Positions 29,534 to 38,289 of a stretch of 64,000 nt of DNA are shown piece after piece. The notes beneath the pieces were generated by a model. It did not search any database, was not told the DNA's origin, and saw nothing but the letters and a program-made list of their open reading frames with translations. The stretch is from Spirochaetia bacterium (GTDB lineage Bacteria > Spirochaetota > Spirochaetia > SP-2023), in NCBI GenBank assembly GCA_965225855.1, contig CBDDCK010000005.1:704001-768000 (forward strand), given 5' to 3'. The first letter of the stretch is position 1, and each line of letters begins with the position of its first letter. The position numbers and the translations under genes are program-made.

Positions 29534-31081
29534 TTAAAATTGGTAGTAGATAAAAGGAGCAACACCTTCGGGTAAAACAATTTGGATTAAAGCTACCCCA
29601 ATGGCAAAAATCAAAATTTGGGCGATGAGTGGTAGCGAGTCAAATAATTTCGTAAGCCATGTTGTGCTTCGGGAGCATACAATTTGGGGAAGGATACCTA
29701 TTGCTATTGTGAGCAAAACAATATTGGTTATACTACCAGCGTGTGAAAAATTCATACTAAACAATTTTTTAAAGTAGTTACCGGCTACAGAAAAATTGGG
29801 CGCACGGAATAAAATCCAAGTTAGTGTGATAAAATGGAAACTATAGAGCCAACCCAATAAACTGTGCAACTTAGCTTTGAACTTAGTTTGGAAGCCGTTG
29901 CGAACCGCTAGTTTTTTTTTGAAATAATGCTCTATGCTGATGGCAATTCCATGTAGTGCGCCCCATACTAAAAATGTCCAAGAAGCCCCGTGCCATAGGC
30001 CGCCTAGTAGCATCGTTACAATAATATTGATATAGTGGCTGCCTTTGCGATTGCCACCCAGCGGAATATACAAATAATCGCGCAGCCAAGTAGAGAGGGA
30101 AATATGCCAACCGCGCCAAAAGTTTTGTAGGGAATTGGCGGCATAAGGGCGGTGAAAATTTTCCATCAGTCGTATGCCACAGAGTAAACCTAAACCAATA
30201 GCGAGGTCGCTGTAGCCACTAAAATCGCAATAAATGATAGCACTATAAGCATAAGCAGCCAATAGTAACTCCAAACTAGAATAGCTAGAAGGTGCTAGAA
30301 ATATAGAGTCTGCAAAACTTGTACTCAAGATATTTGCGATAAAAGCTTTTTTGACCAGACCAACCAAAATACGGGCTAGAGCATCACTCAAATAAATATT
30401 TTGTAAATTGGGCAAGCGTTGGAATTGTGGTAAAATGCGGTGGGCTCGAATAATGGGACCAGCAATTAATTGCGGGAAAAAAGCAATATAAAGACTGTAG
30501 TCCATATACGAACTAATTTGTTGTATCTTTTTACGATAGGCATCAATTTGGAAGCTAATATTTTGAAAGGTAAAAAATGAAATTCCCAATGGTAGGATAA
30601 TTGTAACGTGGTTTAACAATAGCGGTAGACCAAAAGCATTGAGTAGAATATTGGTATTTATCAACAGCCAATTGATGTATTTAAAGAAAGTTAGGGCAGC
30701 CAAATTTAGCCCGATTATTACGATTAGAATAAATGTAGCTAAATTTTGTAATTTTTGTATTTGCTGATTTTGGTTATTCAGTTCTTGAATTTGTTGAGAA
30801 TGTTTCAAGCTGGGCAGCTCTTTTTGCCTGATTTTTTGGATATGGTAAATTTTCATTAACACCCAGGCAAACAAATAATTGACTACAGTTGAACCGATGA
30901 GTACAGGTAAAAAACGCCAGTCCCAAATACCATAAAAAATATAGCTGGCAAGTAGTAGGATAAACTTGCGCAAGTGGTTGGCGAGCTTGGGCCCTAAAAA
31001 AATACGGCTGCTAACAGATAGCCAATAAAGTAGTAAAGTAGCAACAAAAAAAATTGCAAACGATATAGTCGGGAATAACAT
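29534..31081 (-). CDS. MBOAT family O-acyltransferase (AlgI-like)
   Basis: LPLGISFFTFQ, FFPQLIAGPI, DFSGYSDLA, WHISLSTWLRDYLYIPLGG, GLWHGA. Confidence 0.93.
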   Translation of the reverse strand: MLFPTISFAIFFVATLLLYWLSVSSRIFLGPKLANHLRKFILLLASYIFYGIWDWRFLPVLIGSTVVNYLFAWVLMKIYHIQKIRQKELPSLKHSQQIQELNNQNQQIQKLQNLATFILIVIIGLNLAALTFFKYINWLLINTNILLNAFGLPLLLNHVTIILPLGISFFTFQNISFQIDAYRKKIQQISSYMDYSLYIAFFPQLIAGPIIRAHRILPQFQRLPNLQNIYLSDALARILVGLVKKAFIANILSTSFADSIFLAPSSYSSLELLLAAYAYSAIIYCDFSGYSDLAIGLGLLCGIRLMENFHRPYAANSLQNFWRGWHISLSTWLRDYLYIPLGGNRKGSHYINIIVTMLLGGLWHGASWTFLVWGALHGIAISIEHYFKKKLAVRNGFQTKFKAKLHSLLGWLYSFHFITLTWILFRAPNFSVAGNYFKKLFSMNFSHAGSITNIVLLTIAIGILPQIVCSRSTTWLTKLFDSLPLIAQILIFAIGVALIQIVLPEGVAPFIYYQF

Positions 31082-31205
31082 TTAAAAACCAATTAATGCA
31101 ATTTCTTTATCAAGTGATAGCATATGCATGTCTTGCAAGCCTCGATAATAATTTTTCAGTGGCAATTGGAATATGGCTAGATAAATGGTCAATAATATAC
31201 TACAA

Positions 31206-31589
31206 CTAGTTCTGAATGGGCGTAGAGCTTTTCCAAAAATCTGGATAGTATAAATCGCAACTATCGAGGAAAGTAATGTATTTGCCTTTGGCATTTTGTA
31301 TTGCAATATTGGCTGGGATTTCAACTGCTTCTTCTTTGCTATTTTGTTTCTTTTTGAATGGAATGACGCTAATACGCTCATCCGATTGAGCAAAGGATTG
31401 GACAATTCTCAATGATGAATCGGTAGAACCATTATCGACTAAAATTAGTTCCCAATTGTCAAAACTTTGTTGTTGGACTGATTGCAGGTTACCTTCCAAG
31501 TACTTTTCTGTATTGTCGATTGGTACAATTACCGAAATTGCCACGGGCTTTACGGACTCTATGGGGGCGTATTTGTTGCTCATTATCAC
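31206..31589 (-). pseudogene. truncated glycosyltransferase family 2
   Basis: ISVIVP, WELILVDNGSTD, GKYITFLDSCD; ends at 127 aa; adding one T at the T5 run restores DFLEKLY but still stops soon after. Confidence 0.75.
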
Positions 31590-31941
31590 GTTATAATACA
31601 GAAAAATCTAACTCTGTAAATAATAGCAACTATTTTCTATATTATAAGCAAAATTGAATATCTTGATTAAGTAGTATTGCCATGCGGCAAGTTTAATGTT
31701 GGGCTTTTCAGATGATGATTGAATAGCTGCATCAAGAATATGGGCTCATGCATCTCTACCATTTTATCTATAGCACAACAAGATTTGTATAAGGTGTTGT
31801 AATATCCAATTTGTTTGGCTTATCATTTACCATAGCAACTATCAATTTTTTATATTCACTTTACCATCCCAATAACAAGCCATATCTTGCTTTAGGTATT
31901 TAGCCAATCTTCCGACTAATGCTACGCAGCAAAAATAAAGT

Positions 31942-32661
31942 TTAGGATACTGTTAAAGTATTCTTTAACCGCAGATTTTTGATAGTTTTGGTCGGTTTGT
32001 TGCTACCACCAAAATAAGTACGCAGCTCAAAATAATAGCTGCCGGCAGAAAGAGTGGGCGTCTCCCCGATAATTTCGGTGGTAGTGTTTTTAATAAGGGT
32101 CGAAACCTTATATTCGGTTTTATCGCTTTTGTCAATAAAGTAGCAGCCTTCGCTATTATCTTTTTGTGCGCTGGCCATAACTTTGGCTTTGATGGCATTA
32201 CAGGTAAAAGCCCCACCAGAGGTAAGCACATTATTTACCAAACCACTACGAGCATCAATAAAAGAGATAATACCAGCTTTCTTTCTTGTGCCATAGACCT
32301 TTTCTATATGCAGCTTGCTTAGCAAGAGCTTGCTAGACTGGCTGGGGTTTATGTGCAATACCACCTGTTGCTTAGATGGATCAAAAGTATCATCGGGGCT
32401 GTTAATCACCCCCCTAATGCTAAAGCTGGACTTAAATATATCTAAAGCCACACTTGCACCTTGTTCTATAATATTCTTAAAGGCACGCTCAATCGCAGAT
32501 AAATTGGCTTCTGCCTGGCCTCGGACTAAGCCCGGATCGAGCAACAAAACCAAATCAATAAATTCATCTCGGTTATAAACCTTCTCGTCCACCACTTTAG
32601 CAATATAAGAGGTCGTATCCTTAGACAAAGGGTTTTTAATTACTTTATATTTAATAGACAT
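31942..32661 (-). CDS. HU-like DNA-binding protein with C-terminal Ig-like (DUF4469-type) domain
   Basis: NPLSKD..SYIAKV, FSIRGV..PDDTFD, YYFELRTYF. Confidence 0.7.
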   Translation of the reverse strand: MSIKYKVIKNPLSKDTTSYIAKVVDEKVYNRDEFIDLVLLLDPGLVRGQAEANLSAIERAFKNIIEQGASVALDIFKSSFSIRGVINSPDDTFDPSKQQVVLHINPSQSSKLLLSKLHIEKVYGTRKKAGIISFIDARSGLVNNVLTSGGAFTCNAIKAKVMASAQKDNSEGCYFIDKSDKTEYKVSTLIKNTTTEIIGETPTLSAGSYYFELRTYFGGSNKPTKTIKNLRLKNTLTVS

Positions 32662-32883
32662 AACACAGCTCCTATAGCCATTATGGCTACAAGAATAAAT
32701 TAAGGCAAGTGATTCTTTATATAGCTTGGCCCATATTTGGCTCTATGTTACTTTATTGCTTTCATTATTTTTAATAAGCATTTTGGCAGCTTGACCCCAC
32801 TAGCAATATTTCTGCAATAAGCTTATGCTTGATACTTTAATACTATTGCTTGGGCTTCCACTATAGCTATATAAGCAAAGCAG

Positions 32884-33678
32884 ATGGAAAATATAAATAT
32901 CGTAAATAACCTCTATACAGCAAATTCTGTTGATTTTATGGCACAATACATAAAGTCTGAAAGTATAGACCTCACCGTTACCTCACCACCCTACGATAAC
33001 CTTAGGGATTACAAAGGCTATACATTCGATTTTGAACATATAGCCCAAGAATTATTTAGGGTAACCAAGAAAGGTGGGATAGTTGTTTGGATTGTGGGCG
33101 ATAAAATACACAATGGCAACAAATCCCTCACCAGTTTTAGGCAAGCTCTGTATTTCCAAGAGCTTGGTTTTAATGCCCATGATGTGATGATCTATGCCAA
33201 GAAGAATACGCCTTTTATGCGCTCTAATGCCTATACCAACGGCCATGAATATATGTTGATTCTAGCTAAGGGCAAACCCAAAACATTTAACCCATTAAAA
33301 GAACCAACGGTAAGAAGTGGCATGGAAATGCTGGTGCACAACAAAGGCCCCGATGCCCAAAACAACAAGGTACTAAAAGAGCTCAAGAAAGAGAAAACCA
33401 AAAGCAATATATGGTACTATGCCGTTGGCTTAGGTGGCAGTACCAATGATAAAGTGGCATTTCAGCATCCCGCCATCTATCCAGAGCAATTAGCAGCCGA
33501 TCATATACTATCTTGGAGCAATGAAGGCGAGCTTGTATTAGACCCTATGTGTGGCTCTGGCACCACCTGTAAGATGGCCAAGCTAAACAATAGAAACTAT
33601 ATTGGCATTGATATTAGTGAAGAATATATAAATATTGCCCAGCAAAGGCTTAAACAAACAGCAGGGCTCTTTAAATGA
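32884..33678 (+). CDS. DNA methyltransferase, beta class, probably N4-cytosine (M.Hpy99I-like)
   Basis: TSPPY precedes VLDPMCGSGTT; HPAIYP; overlaps the endonuclease gene by ATGA-like 4 nt. Confidence 0.92.
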   Translation: MENINIVNNLYTANSVDFMAQYIKSESIDLTVTSPPYDNLRDYKGYTFDFEHIAQELFRVTKKGGIVVWIVGDKIHNGNKSLTSFRQALYFQELGFNAHDVMIYAKKNTPFMRSNAYTNGHEYMLILAKGKPKTFNPLKEPTVRSGMEMLVHNKGPDAQNNKVLKELKKEKTKSNIWYYAVGLGGSTNDKVAFQHPAIYPEQLAADHILSWSNEGELVLDPMCGSGTTCKMAKLNNRNYIGIDISEEYINIAQQRLKQTAGLFK

Positions 33679-34244
33679 TAAACATAGAAGATATTGTTGT
33701 GAATACATCATCAATAAATGATGTAGTGCCCAATTCGTTAGGGATTATCAAAGCGATCAACGGTAACAATGCTATGGTACTGTTTGTTGGCTTAAATAAA
33801 CTGTTGAGAGTGAGCTTGGAACATTTACAGGCAATCGAACCAAACAAGACAGGAAAAGGCTATACTCAAAAGATATGTAACATTTGCCATATCTTACAAG
33901 AAACAGACCAATTCGATGTCAACCAAACCGATGCCAAAGGCAGGAAAACCACACGCCCAAGTTGTAAAACCTGTAGGCAAGGCATAGATGGGGTGCAATT
34001 AAAACCAGAAGAGAAAAAGAGAATGGATAAAATCAAGCCACCAGAAGGAAGTGTGTTTGAATGCCCTATCTGCCAAAAGAGGACGATTGTGGGTATTACG
34101 GCTAATCTAGTGCGAGATCATGACCATAAAACAGGGCAAGGTCGGGAATGGATTTGTGATAGTTGCAATACGGGGTTAGGACGCTTTAAAGATGACGCCC
34201 AGTTTTTACATCGTGTTATTGCATATTTACAAAGACATAAATGA
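33675..34244 (+). CDS. Hpy99I-family type II restriction endonuclease (beta-beta-alpha-Me)
   Basis: CNIC, NQTDAKGRKTTRPSC..C, CPIC, DHDH, WICDSCNTGLGRFKD match the recalled Hpy99I sequence. Confidence 0.88.
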   Translation: MINIEDIVVNTSSINDVVPNSLGIIKAINGNNAMVLFVGLNKLLRVSLEHLQAIEPNKTGKGYTQKICNICHILQETDQFDVNQTDAKGRKTTRPSCKTCRQGIDGVQLKPEEKKRMDKIKPPEGSVFECPICQKRTIVGITANLVRDHDHKTGQGREWICDSCNTGLGRFKDDAQFLHRVIAYLQRHK

Positions 34245-34393
34245 ACTCTAGTAGAAAACGCCTCAACTCTGTAAAACGAATATAATTAAAGATGAGCTTA
34301 AAGAATCCTAAAGAATTTTTTTCGTTCTAAACCCAGACTTGCTTAGATTTTATATTAAAGCGCAACTATTACCGATAGTCGGTCTATGGTATC

Positions 34394-36304
34394 TTATTTC
34401 ATGCTCCCTAAGTTAATTACCAAGTTTCGCAGTTCAGAAACACTGTTAGCAGATAGCCATTGTTGCTCAAAATCAAGCGTCTCTTCAGCCATAGTGGCAA
34501 TGGTAGCCAAGCATTCCAAATGCTTACGGCGTTGGTGTGGGCCGCCGCCCAATAGGAAAATCGCCTTAACGCTACCGTGTTGCTCATCAAAGTAGATGCC
34601 CTCCTTGCAGCGGATAATCTGCATAAATAGCTCATGCTCGCCTTCGGTAATAAAGTGGGGTATGGCCAAAAACGGGCTAAAGGCGGTAGAACCTTCAGCT
34701 TGCCGTTGCAAGAAGCGTTGCTCTAAAACTTCTGGTGTTAAGCCTGTTTCGGTTGCCAAAGTCTTGCTGCTGGCCTTTAGCATATTGGCAAAGGCCATAG
34801 AATAGGGTAGGTCTAAAATCTCTGCTTTGTGTACCATCTCTTGGAAGGTATTCAGCTTGACATCATCGCGGTAGAGCAGTACATCGAGCAGCTCATCTTC
34901 TAGGTTGCCGCTATCCAAATGCCTGTCGATAATGCGGCGCAGCAAGTAGACTAAGGCAAAACTATGGCTACCGTGTTTGCGGCCATAGAACCAATAAATG
35001 GCAATGCTAAATATAAGGAAGAACAAACTAATGCCGATGGTACGAGAACCAATGTCTACCACAAAAAAGCCAAAGATGATAATCGCAATAATTTGTAACC
35101 AAGGATAAAACGGTGCACGAAAGCTGGGTTGGTAATTGGTAACTCGGCTTTCGCGAAAGATAATGAGGGCCAAATTGGTTAGAATATACGAGCTAAGCAC
35201 AGCAGCCGAAGCTGCCTTTACTAAAGTGCTCAAAGGCAAAAATAAGGCAATGGCAATGATTGCGCCCGTTAAGGCCAAGGCCGGTATTGGTGTTTGGTAG
35301 CGGGGGTGAACCTTGCCTATCCAAGCTGGTAGTAACTTGTCTCGGCTTAGAGCCATTGGGTAGCGCGATGCTGCCATAATGCCCGCATTGGCGGTAGTGA
35401 TAAACGCAAACAGGGAGGCCAGCAATACAATATGGTAGGCGATATTGGCAGCCATCTGGTTAAGGCCAAAGCCCGCCACAATGAGCCGTGCCGAATCGGC
35501 TACCGGAGCTAGTGAGTTCTGCAAGGTTTCACTGGGCACTACCGCTACTAAAATAATATTGATTAGGACATACAGAACGGTTACGACTATAATGGATAAG
35601 CTCATACCCAATGGCAAATTGCGTTTGGGGTTGTCGATTTCTTCGGCAATATTGGTAACCTTGAGCAAGCCCCCAAACGAGACAAAAACAAAGCTGGAGA
35701 CAGCCAATAAATTCAGCCATTTACTTTGGGAATTGAGGTTGTGCCAATGGAAACCTTGCTCTATCGCTCGCCAAAGTTCTGGTATGCGCGAACCTTCTGC
35801 TACTGTTTGCAGGCCCAAAGTAATACCCGCCAAACTGTAGAGCAGCAATAGACCCAAAAGGAAAAACACCAACAGGTTTTGCAAGGTAATGGCCTCCTTT
35901 GTGCCTACGGCATTGAGCAACACAAATAAGGCGCAAAGGACTAAACCGCTTAGCGCTGGTGCAATACCCAAAAAACGCAGCAGCACTTCACTGATACCAA
36001 AGATAGCAAACGCACTTTTTAAGGACAGTGCAAACCAGCCAAAAATCCCCGAAATGCTGCCAATGAAACCACCAAAGGTTTTATGGATAAAGTAATAATC
36101 CCCGCCCGATTTGGGCATGGCGGTAGCTAGTTCCATAATGCTGAAAGAACCACAAAAGGCCAGCAGCCCGGCAATGAGATAGGCAAGGCTAACCGCTGGC
36201 CCCAATTGAGAAAATGCTAAGCTGGGTAGAATAAAAATCCCAGAGCTAATCATTGCTCCGGTAGCGATGGTAAAAACCCCAGTTAAACGTATATGTTTGG
36301 CCAT
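34394..36304 (-). CDS. APC-family amino acid permease fused to a PTS EIIA-like domain
   Basis: GAMISSGIFILP, ELATAMP.SGG.Y, AEEI.NP.RNLP; C-terminal GSTAFSPFLAIPH. Confidence 0.88.
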   Translation of the reverse strand: MAKHIRLTGVFTIATGAMISSGIFILPSLAFSQLGPAVSLAYLIAGLLAFCGSFSIMELATAMPKSGGDYYFIHKTFGGFIGSISGIFGWFALSLKSAFAIFGISEVLLRFLGIAPALSGLVLCALFVLLNAVGTKEAITLQNLLVFFLLGLLLLYSLAGITLGLQTVAEGSRIPELWRAIEQGFHWHNLNSQSKWLNLLAVSSFVFVSFGGLLKVTNIAEEIDNPKRNLPLGMSLSIIVVTVLYVLINIILVAVVPSETLQNSLAPVADSARLIVAGFGLNQMAANIAYHIVLLASLFAFITTANAGIMAASRYPMALSRDKLLPAWIGKVHPRYQTPIPALALTGAIIAIALFLPLSTLVKAASAAVLSSYILTNLALIIFRESRVTNYQPSFRAPFYPWLQIIAIIIFGFFVVDIGSRTIGISLFFLIFSIAIYWFYGRKHGSHSFALVYLLRRIIDRHLDSGNLEDELLDVLLYRDDVKLNTFQEMVHKAEILDLPYSMAFANMLKASSKTLATETGLTPEVLEQRFLQRQAEGSTAFSPFLAIPHFITEGEHELFMQIIRCKEGIYFDEQHGSVKAIFLLGGGPHQRRKHLECLATIATMAEETLDFEQQWLSANSVSELRNLVINLGSMK

Positions 36305-36512
36305 GAATCAATAAACCTTTATTGGAATATGCCTTAAAAGGCGTGCCCGTTATGGCAAAGTAGCAGAAAATACTAGGAGTATTTAGCACCAGCGGAAACG
36401 GCAACGCTTTTAACAAAAAAAGCCGATTATGGCAATTCCCATAAAATGTAAAAATTATTTATAATTGCTAGCTTATCTTATTGATAATCTTATTTATGGG
36501 TGGTGGCAACCA

Positions 36513-37439
36513 ATGCGGCATTTTATCGACTTGCGTGATTTTAATTTAGCTGAAATGGAAGATATTCTGAAATTATCGGCGCGACTAAAAGCAAACCCTT
36601 CACTAAAGTTATTGCACAACAAACAGGTAGCGTTGATCTTTGAGAAGAACTCTACTCGTACTCGCATGTCTTTTGAAGTGGGGGTCAACCAATTAGGTGG
36701 TAATAGTTTGGTAATTGATGGGGTCAACAGCCACATTGGTAGTAAAGAAAATCTGTATGATTCAGCCAAAGTGATGTCGCGCTTTGTGGATATGATTATG
36801 ATTCGTGCCAATAGCCATGACGATGTGGTGGAACTGGCAACCCATGCGGAAGTACCTATCATCAATGGCTTAACGGACTACAACCACCCCTGCCAAGTAT
36901 TGGCCGATATTTTTACTTATATAGAACATCGTGGCCCGATACAAGGCAAAAAAATTGCTTGGATTGGCGATGCCAACAATATGGCTAATACTTTTGTGCA
37001 TGCTGCTTTTCTCTTTGGTTTTGACTTGGCCATTGCCACGCCTTTGGAATACCAATTGGTAGGTACTGTACAACGTTGGGCTGCCAAGCAAAAAGCTGAA
37101 GGCAAAGCTGGCAGTATTGTCCAGCATCTGAACCCAGAACATGGTTTAATTGCAGCAACCCAACAGGCAGATTTAGTAGTAACAGATACTTGGTTATCTA
37201 TGGGGGTTACAGACTATGAACTGCGTAAAGCCGTATTTTCACCGTATTACACAGTAACGGCTGACTTACTCAAACATGCCAAAGCCGATGCTTTGTTTAT
37301 GCATTGCCTACCGGCCAGCAGGGGGCAAGAAGTTACAGACGAAGTTATGGACGGCCCGCAGTCGGTAATTTTTGATGAAGCAGAAAACCGCTTACATGTG
37401 CAAAAAGCCATTATGGCATGGCTGCTGCACCATGTATGA
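36513..37439 (+). CDS. argF: ornithine carbamoyltransferase
   Basis: STRTR.SFE, HPCQ, DTW.SMG, HCLP, EAENRLH; start set at MRHF (ORF track 36465). Confidence 0.95.
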   Translation: MRHFIDLRDFNLAEMEDILKLSARLKANPSLKLLHNKQVALIFEKNSTRTRMSFEVGVNQLGGNSLVIDGVNSHIGSKENLYDSAKVMSRFVDMIMIRANSHDDVVELATHAEVPIINGLTDYNHPCQVLADIFTYIEHRGPIQGKKIAWIGDANNMANTFVHAAFLFGFDLAIATPLEYQLVGTVQRWAAKQKAEGKAGSIVQHLNPEHGLIAATQQADLVVTDTWLSMGVTDYELRKAVFSPYYTVTADLLKHAKADALFMHCLPASRGQEVTDEVMDGPQSVIFDEAENRLHVQKAIMAWLLHHV

Positions 37440-37517
37440 ACATGTATGAATCAAACCTAAGGCAAAATAAAATCCACAATTATTTATGATTTTTCATATA
37501 GTCCCGTTACAGTAGCG

Positions 37518-37731
37518 TTCACTTTACCAGATAGCTGCCATATAATTCTTACAGAATTAGAACATATTTTGTTACGAAAACCTTAGTTGTTTGCGCAAAG
37601 CGCTTTCGCTATATACCCAGAAGAGCCGCAAGGTAAAGGCCAAAGGGCTTCAGATAAAAAAAGCAGATTCACAAATTGGGGCATCGACTTATCATTATCT
37701 AATTAAAGTAGCCAGCCCCCTCTACCCATAG
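37518..37731 (+). pseudogene. possible decayed PIN-domain (VapC-like) toxin fragment
   Basis: Broken frames give CHIILTEL and RKVKAKGLQIKKADSQIGAST, resembling PIN motifs; no start. Confidence 0.25.
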
Positions 37732-37845
37732 AATAACCTCCCACCTATGTAATAGAATCGACCCAAATCTATCTATAGAATTACCTCCCACCTATGGATA
37801 GAATTGACCTAAATCTATCCATAGATTTACCTCCCACCTATTAAT
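37721..37845. repeat. 23-bp-period dyad array with alternating units (46-bp higher-order repeat)
   Basis: ATAGAATTACCTCCCACCTATGG alternates with ATAGAATTGACCTAAATCTATCC; perfect arms CTATGGATAGA/TCTATCCATAG. Confidence 0.85.
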
Positions 37846-37892
37846 ACCCTAGTCTTTAATGAAATTTTCTACATCGGCACATAATCAAGGAC

Positions 37893-38000
37893 CTATACAA
37901 CAATCATCGGCAATCGTTGGCCAAATTCTGAACGCCCCTGAAAGAATAATATCCCGTTTTCATTTTCATTAAATGTTTCACCTTTTGGAGATTGCCCCAT
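37893..38000 (-). pseudogene. hsdS: type I R-M specificity subunit (HsdS) fragment
   Basis: MGQSPKGETFNENENGILFFQGRSEFGQRLP, the typical start of an HsdS target-recognition domain; stops after 35 aa. Confidence 0.7.
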
Positions 38001-38088
38001 AGTGTAATTAAGGTATAATCAAGTATTTTATTCAATTCTACACTTTCCCACCCCAAAGGCTGAAACAACCAACACCCTTAAGCCTTTT

Positions 38089-38289
38089 GATTGGCATGGA
38101 TTTTGAACTACCTTACAACACTAAACAACACTAACACACAAAAAAAGTGCCCAAACATAAAAAAAGCACAAAAAAACTTACAAAAAGCTTATATAGACCT
38201 TGACGCAACACCCCCCCTAGCAAAATGGGGCACTGTACACTAGCCCGTATGGGTTGGTTAATCTTTATCCCTTGTTGGAGGTATTGCTT
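38089..38289 (+). promoter_or_regulatory. shared lipoprotein upstream region, copy 2
   Basis: GATTGGCATGGATTTT, A-tracts, TTGACGCAACACCCCCCCTAGCAAAAT, CTAGCCCGTATGGGTT, GGAGG as in 15523-15738. Confidence 0.75.

Noticed and set aside
29912..29920. A9 tract in the MBOAT gene as a phase-variation switch
   Set aside because: In frame (KKK), and A/T runs are common in this AT-rich sequence
31082..31405. 107-aa ORF as the continuation of the GT2 gene
   Set aside because: It is not the frame that restores DFLEKLY and carries no GT2 motifs
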